64,000 bases of DNA from Azolla caroliniana (taxonomy: Eukaryota > Plantae > Polypodiophyta): assembly GCA_043228905.1 (NCBI GenBank), contig JBHGNT010000013.1:310001-374000 (forward strand), read 5' to 3'. The position numbers and the translations under genes were made by a program. Positions 26,320-40,300 of this stretch are shown piece after piece. Position 1 is the stretch's first letter. Each line of letters starts with the position of its first letter. The notes beneath the pieces are model-generated. The model was given only the letters and a program-made list of their open reading frames with translations, did no database searches and had not been told where the DNA came from.

Positions 26320-26905
26320 CATTGGAGGTTCCTTCCACCAAATCGAGGCTCCTTCCACCAAATCGAGGCAGCATATCCAACGCTCCCTCCACCATTGGAG
26401 GTTCCTTCCACCAAATCGAGGCGGCATATCCAACGCTCCCTCCACCATTGCAGGTTCCTTCCATCCATTTTTTTATTTTCAGTACTAAAATGTTTCATTT
26501 CTTCATATTTCAGTACTAAATTTTTAGAATTGACATTTGTCATATTTGATATGTAATTCTAATGTTTGAAACAAAATATTTCTCACTTTGCAGGCCACAT
26601 TTAAAAACATTTGATTGTGTTTTCTTGGTTGAGTCTATATATCCACGCTCCCTCCACCATTGGAGGTTCCTTCCACCAAATCGAGGCGGCATATCCAACG
26701 CTCCCTCCACCATTGGAGGTTCCTTCCATCCATTTTTTTATTTTCAGTACTAAAATGTTTCATTTCTTCATATTTCAGTACTAAATTTTTAGAATTGACA
26801 TTTGTCATATTTGATATGTAATTCTAATGTTTGAAACAAAATATTTCTCACTTTACAGGCCACATTTAAAAACATTTGATTGTGTTTTCTTGGTTGAGTC
26901 TATAT
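26320..26905 (+). repeat. Subterminal repeats of the DNA transposon
   Basis: Repeated TTCCACCAAATCGAGGC motif and a ~255-bp tandem duplication. Confidence 0.8.
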
Positions 26906-26960
26906 AACATTAACTACTTTCGCAAGACACTTAATTTTTGTGGATAAATCTAGTGACCGA

Positions 26961-29900
26961 ATGGGGGTTCCTAACGAGAGTGAGTTGTCAAGTAACTCAT
27001 GCATATCTGAAAGGACTAAGAGACGAGTGGTTCTTCACATAGTCCGTTATTTGGTAGAAATAACGAAGAGATTTAGTGAAGAGGATCGTAGGGATATTAT
27101 CTGTAGAGTGTTACACCATCAAAGTTTGAATGAAGACATGGAGAGAATAAAATTTAGGGACCAATGTGTTTCAGAAGAGATTGTGGAGTCTATGAAGTCA
27201 TCCCTAGACTTAGTGAAAGGTGTAGAGAGCTTAGACAAACTTGCTGCAAAGAGGGCAACCCTACACATGGTTGTGAACGGTGTGAGAGAAAAAAAATATA
27301 GTGATACTAAAGTTGCCTTAGCCCTGGGTATTCAAAGAAGGAACTTGAGGAAACATCGCCGAAATATACACTCAAGCAAATTCAAGTGGCTCGGGTCGGG
27401 ACGTAGACGACGATGTGATGCCTTATCTCAAGAGATTATTGAGAAAGTGGATTCATTTTGGGCCAAAAATACGCGTGTCTCACCAAATAAGAAGGACGTG
27501 TGTAGACAACGAATAAGTCAGGGTAAGTACCAGATTCACCCTAGACACTTCTTGGAGATGACAGAGGTATTCCATTTTTTTATATCAATTCACATTCCAT
27601 AACTTTGTGTTTTGACCAAGTGTATATTAATGTTTGCTATATATATTGGTTGATGTAGGCTGAATTGTACATGAACTTTAAAGACCAACATCCGAGCTTG
27701 ACTGTTGGATTCTGCAAGTTCCAAGGTTTGAAACCATTTTATGTTAGAAAATTAAATGAGAGGAATACATGTTGTTGTGTGTACCATGTGAAGATGGACA
27801 TGTTAAGGCTAGCAGTGAATGCAATGCGTACTGATTCTAAGGGTATACACGGGGAATTATGTGTCTGCACTTGTGAGATTTGTAGACCAAATGGGGAGAA
27901 TAATAGGTGTAATGCACAAAACATGACTTATGCATCCGTTTCTGAGCTATAGAGGTCTTGTGTTTGTGAAAAAGAACCATCATGTGAGTGGCATCGTTGT
28001 ACATGTCTATTAAGAACATGTAAGGTTTGTCCGCTACCATTATTTTGTAGGTAGGAGCTTGATATGGGAAATAGTCATATCGTGAAATGGAAATATTTGG
28101 AGTATGTGACTGAAAATATTGGCAAGGGAGTTGTAACTAAGCGTATCAAGGAAGTATATAAGGAGACATGTGCTGCTACCCTTGTCTCAGAATTTAAGAA
28201 ACAACTTGGGGAGTTTATTCCACATAACTTCCGGAGTTATTGGCAAAATTCACAGTTCAAGGAATGTATTAATAACTTACCAACGGGTGTCATCGTATCC
28301 GTTATTGATTTTGCAGTAAACTATACATTTAAAGTTCAAAATGAGGTTCAATCAATGCATTGGTACAATGATCAATGTACAATACTTGTACATATTTGCT
28401 ATTGGAGGCAAGACGGTGAGTTACATAAGAAATCAATATTTTACATTTCAGATGATAAAAAGCATGATACACTATTTGTTCAACATTGTTTTAAGCTTCA
28501 CCATGCAAATTTATTTTCTCTAGGGTTAACCTTTAACCGTCATTGGGTTTGGTCTGATGGTGCTGCCTCGTAGTTTAAGGCGGCACGATCGTTCTACTTT
28601 ATCGCTAGGTAATTTTTAATCCATATGTTTAGTACTTATCATGCAATGTGTAAGGAAGTAATTCTTGTGTTAGTGGATGCATACTAATTATGTTTGTAAC
28701 TATTCGAATCTTGCACTTGTGAATGGATGCATGCATACTAATTTTGTTTGTATTATGTTGTACTAAGTAACTTTTAATCCATGTGAAGTGTTCTCCATAG
28801 ACACATTGTACTATGTTGTGTTTATAGAAGGATGTAAAGTACTCATCTTGTACTCATAGTATTGTCCGTCCTTAAGAGAATTGTACTAATTATCTTTTTA
28901 TCCATGTGAAGTGTTCTCCATAGACACATTGTACTATGTTGTGTGTTGTATCTGTACTATGTTGTATTTACAGAAGGATGTAAAGTACTCATCTTGTACT
29001 CATAGTATTGTCCGTCCTTAAGAGAATTGTACTAATTATCTTTTTATCCATGTGAAGTGTTCTCCATAGACACATTGTACTATGTTGTGTGTTGTATCTG
29101 TACTATGTTGTGTGTATAGAAGGATGTAAAGTACTCATCTTGTACTTAGAGTATTGTCCGTCCTTAAGAGAATTGTACTAATTATGTTTTAATCCATGTG
29201 AAGGGTTCTCCATAGACACATTGTACTATGTTGTGTTTTGGTTCTGTACTATGTTGTGTTTACAAAAGGATGTAAAGTACTCATCTTGTACTCATAGTAT
29301 TGTCCGTCCTTAAGAGAATTGTACTAAATCAGTATTTAGTCATGTTGTACTCATAGTATTGTACTCATCTTGTACTCATCTTTTAAACACACTGTGTGGT
29401 ATTGATTATCTATTAATCAATGTTCAACGTTCTCCATGAACACACTGTATTGTACTATGTGTTGTATCTATACTAAATCAATGTTTATTGGGGGATGTAA
29501 AGTACATGTCTTGTAGTACTAATGATCTTCTAAGGAGGGTTGTGTTCTCCGTGGACACATTGTATTGTACTATCCAATATTGAACATTTTGTACTATTTA
29601 TCTGTTAATACATGTAGAGTGCTTTCCATGAACTCATTGTACTATACTTTGTGCTATATCCATACTAAGTTAGTATTAAGTGGATGCCAGGTACTGTTGG
29701 TCGACAACATAGTACTATTTATCTTTTAATAAGTGTAGAGTGTTCTCAATGGATACGTTGTGCTATGCTTTGTTTTGTATTTGTACTAAATCAGTATTAA
29801 TGGAAGTGTAGTACTCTCAATTGACAACATAGTACTAATTTTGTTGGAAACCTGAGATACCAAAGCAAGTATTTCTCCTTATTCAATATTCGTATGCAAT

Positions 29901-30754
29901 GGAATTACTTCGGGTCTGGACATAGAAAAGGAGAGCATGATGGTGCGGGGGCTGTGATCAAATGTGCCCTTACAAGTGAGCAATTGGATAATAATGGCGC
30001 TAAGTTACAAAATGCACATGATGTTGTGCAGTGGCTAACATGGAAGATGTCAAATGATGGTAAGAACAGATTGTTTGTTGAAGTTCGCGCTGATGAGGTC
30101 GATAGAACTAAATCATATGGTTGTAAAACCGTGAAAGGCACACACAACACCCATTGTGTGTTAGGGTTTAGCCACAAGGACACAACCCAATTGTTACTCC
30201 GTAGTTTATCATGCTTTTGTTCCATGTGTCTAGATGAAGCTTGGGATAAATGCATCAACCTATCAATCGTGGAGCCCTAGAAGCTGCAGAAGCTTGAGCC
30301 TGAACGACAAGATGATATTGAAGAGGATGTGCATTCAAACTATATTGTATACTACAACCAAAATCAAGACTTGGCAGTTTTATTGGAAGTTGGAGATCAT
30401 TTTGCAGTGCTCAAATATCCTCAGAATGAAGATTTAGAAGACTACTACATTGTGGTGTGCAAGCAAGGAAAGACATTATTGAAAGAAGTGGTGAGGGATG
30501 GTTGGGGCAACAATTTCAACGTTGGTGAGTCTGTCGTGTATGAAAACTATTATGCAAAGTTGCCGCAGTGCAAGAACACATATGCATTACTAAAAGAAGC
30601 ACCCATCGCAATAATCTACGTTGATGCCATTCTTGCGATCAAATTCAATATGACTCAAGCAAAGCACAAGGTTAAGGGATACAACACTGTCTACAAGGTC
30701 CCCCAAGAGGTTCATGAGCACATATTAGGGGAGGTCTCTCTATTTAATGCTTGA
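26961..30754 (+). pseudogene. Three-exon DDD transposase (Sola-like) with in-frame nonsense codons
   Basis: Exons ~26961-27566, 27659-28608 and ~29857-30754. Cys-rich region, IDFAVNY..QNEVQSMHW, SDDKKHD, WSDGAAS*FK, WNYFGSGHRKGEHDGAG. Four TAG stops and no obvious frameshift; the last acceptor is uncertain. Confidence 0.85.
28778..29340 (+). repeat. Tandem array (~146-bp unit) in transposase intron 2
   Basis: Units start near 28778, 28901, 29047 and 29193; degenerate copies continue to ~29840. Confidence 0.85.
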
Positions 30755-30799
30755 AAGTCACCCTATCAATACATTGTACCAGAAAACTGAAAAACATCC

Positions 30800-31790
30800 A
30801 CTTGGAGTTCACTATTAATTTTGATGATTGACAAATGAATTGATATATTTCGTCTTTCTTCCAAAGTGTTTATGCCTCTCAACCACTTGTACTTATCTTT
30901 CATAATATATTAGTTGTTGTCAACAGGACTTGGATTTCTTCATTGCCGATATTGCTCATGTTTCCTGATGTTTTTTGAGCATAGGAGTTTTGCAAAGCCA
31001 TGTTAAAATGAGTAAAAATATTGTATAAGAGTTGGTGTGTCCTCTGTTGGCACATAAATCTGCTCTTCTTTTGCTACCAAGAGAAGATTGTTAGTTGAAT
31101 TCATTAAAGACTTTAATATTGTAAGATTTTCTACTGTAACTTCATTCTTCAAAGGGGGCGATGAATTCTGTGAAGACAACAATGAAAATTATTCTCTCAG
31201 AATCCTTTTTTGTTTCATGATATGTCTTGTGAAGCCATCTGAGTTTTAACTTCTTGTATATAAGTCCTGAATATCTAGGCTATGGATTTTAAAGTACAGA
31301 CCTTCCTTTCCTTAACAAAATAATCCAACTTCTGAAACAATAATTTGTGATAGCTCAAAAAGGTAAGTGTTTCCTTACTACTGTTAGTGGATGGTTCATC
31401 CTTTGGGATGATATCATCAAAATATGGCCCACATTGCTTCAACAATTTGCACACATTCTGGTTACCCTCCAAATGGGATTGATGAAACAGTCTATACTTC
31501 AGTATATCTTCAATAACACTCGATATTTTCTGTTTCTCATCATCAACACCTGAAAACCTAAATTTTCCTAGCAAGCTAAGAAGACTTTCAAGCATTTTAT
31601 CTACAATAGACTGAAAGACTTTGCGAGGATTAGGAGATGATCTCAAAAAAGAAACAAAACGTTGTAAAATAAGAATACTTAGATCAAAAAGTATATTCCC
31701 ATTGTTTTTGATATATATGTTGACGGGCAAAATACAGAAGCAATCCTTAAACATGAACTTGATTTCACACTGGTATAACTATTTCAGATT
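30800..31790 (-). pseudogene. Captured host gene fragment, probably URB2 (nucleolar pre-ribosomal protein)
   Basis: PNPRKVFQSIVDKMLESLLSLL, VIEDILKYRLFHQSHLEG and NNLLLVAKEEQIYVPTEDT resemble plant URB2 segments as I recall them. Frameshifted. Confidence 0.5.
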
Positions 31791-33749
31791 CTAAAACTGG
31801 ATTTTTTACATTGGCAATTGAAACAGTATTTTGGTATCCAAATAGTTCAATTTCAGACATCACTAACAACTAAAGTTCAAGTACAATTGAAAGACAATCA
31901 GGCACTAGAGGGTAACTTGGCCGATCTTGTAATGCGCTTGTTGTTGGTGCCAGATTTTTGTGATTTTACATTCTTCTTTATCTTAAAGCCTTTAGGTATG
32001 AGCTGACTAAGTGGCACTTCATCATCAGAGGCATCAGAGACAGGCGTGGATGCACGGGCACCTTGTACTGGTGGCAAGCTTGAGAGATCAACTATGTTTT
32101 CTGCAACTGCAATGCTTGTACACAAATCCACAAAGGTGTTGTCGATAGACAAATTATCACTCATCTCCTGAATGCTTGTACTCCTAGCGATCTTTATTGC
32201 CCTATCATCATCACCGATGCCTATACACTCGTTCTTATTAGACTCCTGTATGTGGACCGTGGCAGTAGTCATGGTCAACTCCTCTTGTACGGTGGATGTC
32301 ACCTCATTCTTAAGACAACGTTGTTCGCTCTGAGTACAATCAGGCCCACCTTCATTAGTAACATTGTTCGCTCTACACTCCTCATGGGATTCTATACAAT
32401 CAGGTTTATCTTCAGGGAAAGTGATGTTCTTTCCACGATCCTCATGGGCTTCACAAGACACTACTAGCACATTCTCAGTACAATCAAGCTCCTCTTCATT
32501 ACTAGCAATGTTCTTTCCATGATCCTCATGGGAATCTTTAGACAGTACTAGCACATTATCAGTACAATCAGTCTTCTCTTCAGCACTTGCCACATTATCA
32601 GTACAATCACTCTTCTCTTCAGTACTTGCCATATTCTTTCCACACTCATAGGCTTCTTTAGACATAGTGTTGTTTGTACATGCCAGCTGCTCTTCACATA
32701 TGAATGCTTCGTTTTTCTCACAATCCTCATGTGTGGAAGATGTGCTTCCAGAGTCTGCCTCCTTGCAAAGGTTAATTTGATTCTGACTCTGATGGGAATC
32801 TGACTCTGCACTTGTGCTGCATGAAGTTCCCGATTCATTTGATTGCAGTTGGGAATCAGACTGCTCTTGTAAACCTAATTAATGGGATTCCAAAGAATAT
32901 TGGTATCAACTCACATACTCAAAAGTTTGCAAACAATGAACATAGGGTTTAGGGCCACATTTTTACCTAATGTTACATCGTCATACTGTACAGCCGTAGA
33001 TACCCCATTGCAAGTGGTGGGCTCGGTCATCTTCTCCACAACATCTAGGTGCTCAACAGTGTTGTTATGATCTATAATAACAACAAAAATAGGGTTGTTA
33101 TGAGCTAAATCATTGTTTTCAAAGTCTGGCTTTTGACGTGTACCTGGGAGTGTGATAAATTCGTCTTCATGATCAGGTTTTGGACTCGTATCTCCGTCAC
33201 CAAATATCATTTCATCATCAACTAGTAACACAAGTACATGGTATTAGACAATGGATTAGGTTGACAATGCTCCAGACAGGTGAGAACTTATATGACTCAC
33301 CATTGCATTCAACTTTGCCTTTCTTGCCGTTTCCATACAACATTTTTGCAGCATTTATCTTCTTACTGGGCTCTATTTGTAAAGAAGCTGCATTTCTCTT
33401 CTTAGTGGGCTCTATTTCTTGATGTTGACCGGAGCTTGGGGAATTTGTTTGTAGAAGCATATGTTCCACTACTCCAATGGCCCTTCTCATACATTCATCC
33501 TCAGCATAAAAATCATAGGTTATTGGTAATGATGGTCCCTGAACCTTGGAATGTGCAGCAGATATTGAGGGTTTAGGCACAGGGGCTGGTTGTTCCATTA
33601 CCTTCCCTGGCGTGGAGTTGCTTGACACTACAACATTCATTGCAAGAAACAAAAAAACCTTGAATGTTAGTACCATCATCTAAAATATATAATGTAGGTC
33701 ACAAGAGCTGCTTCCCATTTTACACAATGTACCAATCATGAACAATGTA

Positions 33750-34900
33750 CTACTCACATAGTTCCTAAATTACTGAACTAGTACTAATAAGGAACACTGT
33801 ACTGCTCACTTAGTTCCCAATTTACACGATTAGTACTAATCATGCACAATATACACAAGTAATACTAATCATGCACAATATACTACTCACTTAGTTACCA
33901 AATTACACAAGTACTAATCCCGAAAAATGTACCACTGACTTAGTCAAATTATTAAGTAGTACTAATCTTGAACAATGTACTACTCACTTATTTCCTAAAT
34001 CACTGAACTAGTACTAATCCCGAACAATGTATTGCTCACTTAGTTCCCAATTTACACAAGTAGTACTAATCATGCACAATATACTACTCACTTAGTTACC
34101 AAATTACACAAGGAGTACTAATCCCGAACAATGTAATGCTCACTTAGTTCCCAATTTACACAAGTAGTACTAATCATGCACAATATACTACTCACTTAGT
34201 TACCAAATTACACAAGGAGTACTAATCCCGAACAATGTAATGCTCACTTAGTTCCCAATTTACACAAGTAGTACTAATCATGCACAATATACTACTCACT
34301 TAGTTACCAAATTACACAAGGAGTACTAATCCCGAACAATGTAATGCTCACTTAGTTCCCAATTTACACAATTAGTACTAATCATGCACAATATACTACT
34401 CACTTAGTTACCAAATTACACAAGGAGTACTAATCCCGAACAATGTAATGCTCACTTAGTTCCCAATTTACACAATTAGTACTAATCATGCACAATATAC
34501 TACTCACTTAGTTACCAAATTACACAAGGAGTACTAATCCCGAACAATGTACCACTGACTTAGTCAAATTACACAATTAGTACTAATCCTGAACAATGTA
34601 CTACTCAACAATGTACCACTGACTTAGTCAAATTACATAATTAGTACTAATCCTGAACAATGTACTACTCAACAATGTACCACTGACTTAGTCAAATTAC
34701 ATAATTAGTACTAATCCTGAACAATGTACTACTCAACAATGTACCACTGACTTAGTCAAATTACACAATTAGTACTAATCCTACAAAATGTACTACTCAC
34801 TTATTTTCTAGATTACTGATCTAGTACTAATAAGGTACAAAACTAGTACTAATAAGGAACAAAGTACTACTCAGTTCCCAAATTACAAAACTAGTATCAA
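33750..34900 (+). repeat. AGTACT-rich tandem array, 104-bp (2 x 52) unit
   Basis: AGGAGTACTAATCCCG recurs at 34111, 34215, 34319 and onward. Confidence 0.9.
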
Positions 34901-37118
34901 TCATGAGCAATGTACTAGTAACTTAGTTCACAAAGTACAGAACTAGACTAATCATGAACCATGTAGTACTTACTAAGTACTAATCCAACAAATGTAGATT
35001 GGTATTTTGTACATAAGTAATACTAAACATGATATGTGTTCTACACACCTAGTTACATAACTTGTACTAATTACACCAACAGTATTAATCTTGAACAGTA
35101 TTAGTACTAAACGTGATATGTGTTTGACACACCTCATTTCCAAATTACAATAATTGTACTATTATTCAGCAATTTACTATACACCTTGTTCCCAAATTAC
35201 ATTACTAATACTAATTCCCAAGTTACACAAACAATACTAACAGTCAACAGTGTACTATAAGTATAGTGTTTACTAAACTAATACTAGGCAAGTTGCAATA
35301 TAGATTGGACGATGTTGTACCTGGTTCCCTTTTAGTACTACTAATTCTGGAAAATTTCCCTTCAACTACACATACCAATTATATATTAAGAGTACTGCCA
35401 ATAGTAACCCACATAATTAGGGTTCCACATAATAGTTGTTAGAGATTACACTAAATTTGAAGTATGAATTGTGGCATACACTAGTTCTAGTCCAAATGTT
35501 AATTGACATCATATAATACAAACAATAGAATAGTAGAGCCACATACCGTACGGGTGTACTTTTAAACCCCAAGCATAGTACCACTCAACTGCAATTGTAG
35601 TTTTATAGTCCATACATGTATTCTCTTTCTCAAAATGATACTTAGCACATAGCACATGATATGTGTGCAAGCATGGTGTAATCACAACATCCATAGCCTC
35701 CAGCTTGAATCCGAGGCCACAAAATATACACCTGGAAGATTGCAAACACAAGTTATAATATATTAGCTGCTCACTTATTTATACCAGAGAAGTAGAAATA
35801 AATAACTTTTAAAGCCAATACCGTGATATAGCTATACTAATAATGGTACTTTCTATACCACTTGGGTGCTCAATTACAGATGGACACAAAGTATCAAAAC
35901 CATTTTGTTTTAAATCCTGCATCAAGCATGCAAGGTTCTCAGAATGCAACTTTAAGGCTGACAACTTATTATCTATTTCTTCATGTGCATTCCTGCAAGT
36001 ATCAAGGTCTCTCATCTGTGAACCTAATTGAGTGCCCATATTGTTCAGCTCTTTCTTCAACTCCTCTTTCAACACCTCACTTTTTGAATTTTGGATTGTC
36101 GATGCAATCCATTCATATGTAGTTTTTATTGAAGAAAATTTCTTTTCTGCCTGTATCTCAGCTGATTTAACTGCTTCCAAATTAGCAAGTAGTGTTTGTA
36201 TTCTTGAGCTCATAGAAGCTATGCAACCGGCCATCATCTGTTCATGCTTTTTAGTCATTGTGGCCCGTACCTTTGCCTCTAGAACTTGGTGGACAGATGT
36301 TATAGCTAGAATATCCACATGAGAGGTTCCAGATGACTTCAAGCCAGTGTTGGTACTGGAGGACCCTTTGTAATGTTCTGACCGGTGCCGATTAAAATCT
36401 TCCCAATTTACGTCAATGGCACCTTGAACTTCACATGCAAAAACACGTGCAAAAACAGTACCCACCTCATTGTTAGTGATTTGATTTGTATCATAAACAT
36501 GTTCGTATCTCGTCTTCAATAAATTCATGTATTCCCTCTTCAAACCACTTATGTGGAATCCTCGCCTTGTGTTGGGATGTGATGACCCCCAGGTTTTTAA
36601 CAACCACTCTCTCAGCTCTGGATAAACGTCAGGTCGTGCTCGAAGGAAATAATTGTTGAAAAACCGTGCTCGGCCACAACCGAGGAATAGGATCAACTCA
36701 CAGAAAACGGGAAATACAAAGTGCACGAGGACAATAGAGAGGAAGGTACACTGGATGTTTTACGTGGAAAACCCTAAATGGGAAAAACCACGGGAGTCCT
36801 CAAACTCCAACTATCACTATGAACAGGGATGTACACTGGTGAAGCTACAAGGCAACAACCTTGAGTTCACTATCTTCGCCACAGGCGGCGGTAATACACA
36901 GAGGCAACGACCTCTTCGTCTCTCTCTCTCTCTCGCTCACTCTCTCTCTCTCGGCTGCTCTCACTTCGCATAAAAAATGAGCAACAACACAAACTGTTTG
37001 CCCTAAGTCATATTTATACACATATGACTTTCGGGCTATTTACAAATATAGCCTCAAGGGCTCTTGGCAAACATATTCACAAATATGTCCCCGCATCCGG
37101 ATCTCTCTCCGGGTACAT

Positions 37119-37280
37119 TCGTCATCCGGCTCCGTAACCGGGGTCTTCATCATCCGGCTCCGTAGCCGGGGTATTCATCATCCAGCTCCGTAGCCGGGGT
37201 CTTCATCATCCGGCTCCGTAACCGGGGTCTTCATCATCCGGCTCCGTAGCCGGGATATTCATCATCCGGCTCCGTAACCG
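37119..37280 (+). repeat. 28-bp tandem repeat inside the copia LTR (also 41921-42082)
   Basis: About 6 copies of TTCATCATCCGGCTCCGTArCCGGG. Confidence 0.85.
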
Positions 37281-37351
37281 CAACCGGGCTTGCCGTCATT
37301 CATCTCCGGACATCCCATCCGGAGGGACCGTAATCCCAACAAACTCCCCCT

Positions 37352-40300
37352 TCACTTCGGCATGGGATGTCTCTCCAATCCGATCCTCTTCCGGCATGCT
37401 TCCAGCTTGTCGGGTGTGAGCACCTTGGTCAGCATATCCGACCCGTTCTCGTCCGTGTGGATCTTCGTCAGCACGAAATCCTTGTCTTCAATCCTTTCCC
37501 GGATCCAGTGGTATCTCCGCTGGATGTGTTTCGTCCGGGAATGGTAGGCCGCATTCTTCGCAAGGTGGATGGCACTCAGACTATCACAGTGGAGTCGGTA
37601 CTCCTCCTGCCGGATACCGAGCTCTTTAATGAAGTCCTTCATCCATATTATTTCCTTGCCGGCTTCAACAGCCGCCATGTACTCCGCCTCCGTGGTTGAC
37701 AGCGCAACCGTCTTCTGCAGCCTCGACTGCCACGAAACAGCTCCACTTGCATACATCATCACATACCCTGATGTGGACCGGCTGGTATCTGCATCAGCCA
37801 ACATATCCGAATCGGTAAAGCCGTCGAACTTGGGCTTACCGGAACCGAATCGGAGGCACACGTTTGCCGTGCCCTTCAGGTATCGGAGTATCCACTTGAC
37901 CGCGTTCCAGTGCTCTTTGCCGGGATTGCTCATGTACCGGCTCACCACTCCAACTGCATATCCTATGTCCGGTCTTGTACACACCATTGCGTACATCAAG
38001 CTTCCGACGGCAGAGGCATATGGTACTTTCATCATGTCCTTCTTCTCAACCTTTGTCTTGGGGCTTTGCTTGCTGGACAGCTTGCAGTTTGCCGGGAGGG
38101 TTGACCCGACCGGTCTTGCTTCCGACATGTTGAACCGGTGAAGCACCTTTGTCACGTACTTCTCCTGTGACAGCCACAACTGCTTCTTCTTCCGGTCCCG
38201 GATGATGTGCATCCCTAGTATTTGCCTCGCCGGACCCAGGTCCTTCATTGAGAAGGTTCGATGAAGCGCTTTCTTCAACGTCCGTATCTTGACCTGGTCC
38301 CGTCCGACGATCAACATGTCGTTCACGTACAGGAGGAGTATTAGAGAGTCTCCTCCTTCGAACTTCTTCACAAACACGCAGTGATCAGACTGCGTTTTGT
38401 GGTACCCTTCGTCGGTCATGAAGGAGTCGAACTTCCGGTACCATTGCCGGGGAGCCTGCTTCAGTCCGTAAAGGCTCTTCTTCAACCGGCATACCAGGTG
38501 CTCCTTCCCTTTCTTCTCGAATCCTTCCGGTTGCTGCATGTAGATCTCTTCTTCGAGTTCACCGTGAAGGAATGCCGTCTTCACGTCCATCTGTTCTACC
38601 TCGAGGTCCATGCTTGCCGCTATGCTCAGCACCGTCCGGATGGAGGTCATCTTCACTACCGGGGCAAATATCTCGTCGAAGTCGACGCCCTTCTTCTGCT
38701 GAAACCCCTTCACCACGATCCTGGCTTTGTATCTCGGGGGGTTTCCGGCATCTCCCGGTTTCAGCTTGAACACCCACTTGTTTCGAAGTGCCCGCTTTCC
38801 TTTCGGCAACTCCACAAGTTCATATGTGTGGTTCTCATGCAGGGAATCCATCTCGTCCTGCATGGCACTCAACCACCTGCGGCTCTGGGTGTCATGCTTT
38901 GCTTCTTCAAAGCTCTCCGGCTCCCCCTCGTCGGTTAGCAGCACGTGCTCTGGTTCCGGAAATCTCCGGGGGGCCCTTCTCTCTCTTAGAGGATATCTCC
39001 GTTCCGGAGCTTCGGTAACCGGTTCTTCCGATTCTTCTTCATCCGAATCCATTTCGGGATCGGGGCCGGTTCCGGTATCATTTTCATCTTCTTCGGCCGG
39101 TTCTGTTTCTTCACCGTCTTCGGCCGGATCTTCGAGTGTTAACCGGTCCCTTGCCGGTCGGGACTGCTCCTCGTAGAGTTTATCCTCACCGGTCGCCTTG
39201 GAGCTCTTCATCTTCTTCTCCGACTCCCAGTCGGCGAGTGTCTTGTCCTCCATGAAGATGATGTCTCGACTCCTGAATATCTTCTTGTCGACCGGGTCCC
39301 ATACTCGGTAGCCGAACTCATCGTCGCCGTAACCGAGGAATATGCCTGGCCGGGTCTTTGGATCTAGCTTTCCTCTCCGGTCCTTTGCCACATGCACGTA
39401 TGCGAGACACCCGAACACCTTCAGATGCCGGTAGGATACTTCCCTACCGGTCCACACTCTCTGCGGCGTGTCCCCGTCCAAAGGTACTGAGGGTGATCTG
39501 TTTATCACGTATGTCGCCGTCGACATCGCCTCAGCCCAAAACCCCTTGGGTAATTCCGCATGCGCCAGCATACTCCGGACCCTCTCCATTATGGTCCGGT
39601 TCATCCTCTCGGCCAGCCCGTTCAGTTCCGGCGTCTTCGGCACAGAAAACTCGAGCCAGATTCCCTTCGAGCGACAGTACTCCTGGAACTGCCCCCGGTA
39701 TTCCCCTCCGTTATCCGCTCGTATCGCTTTCAGCTTCTTGCCGGATTCCCTTTCCACTCTCGCGTGAAGTTCTTTGAAGACGCACAAGACTTGGTCCTTT
39801 GTCTTCAACGGTGCCGTCCACAGCTTCCGGCTGTGGTCATCAATGAATGTCACGAAGTACTGGGCTCCGCCATGTGACTTCGTTTCTACTTGACACACGT
39901 CAGTGTGCACCAGCTCCAATGGTGCGCTACGTCTCGTCGGTGGCCTTGAGTGGAAAGAGGTCCGGTTTTGCTTACCGACCAGGCAGTCGGTGCACTTCTC
40001 CAGGTGCACATGCTTCACTGGAATAAGGTTGTCTTCTGCAAGCCTCTTCATCCCCTTGTCACTCATGTGGCACAATCTCTTGTGCCACAGCTCACCGGCA
40101 GTGTCGGCTGCCACGTTCAGCTCCTCCGGACATAGCCGGGAATTCATCAGGTATAGTGTGTTGACCTTCCGGGCCCGAGCCACTATCAGGCTCCCCTTGC
40201 TGAACTTCATGACACCGTTCCGGATGCTACCCGTGTAGCCTTCATCATCTAGCCTCCCGGCCGAGATCAGGTTCAATCAGACCTCCGGAACGTGTCGGAC

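Noticed and set aside
36653-36973. 106-aa ORF present twice (also 41455-41775)
   Set aside because: It is the antisense reading of the two near-identical LTRs.
40277-40279. Programmed stop read-through between gag and pol
   Set aside because: The TGA falls inside a conserved motif where CGA (Arg) is expected, so a C-to-T change is simpler.
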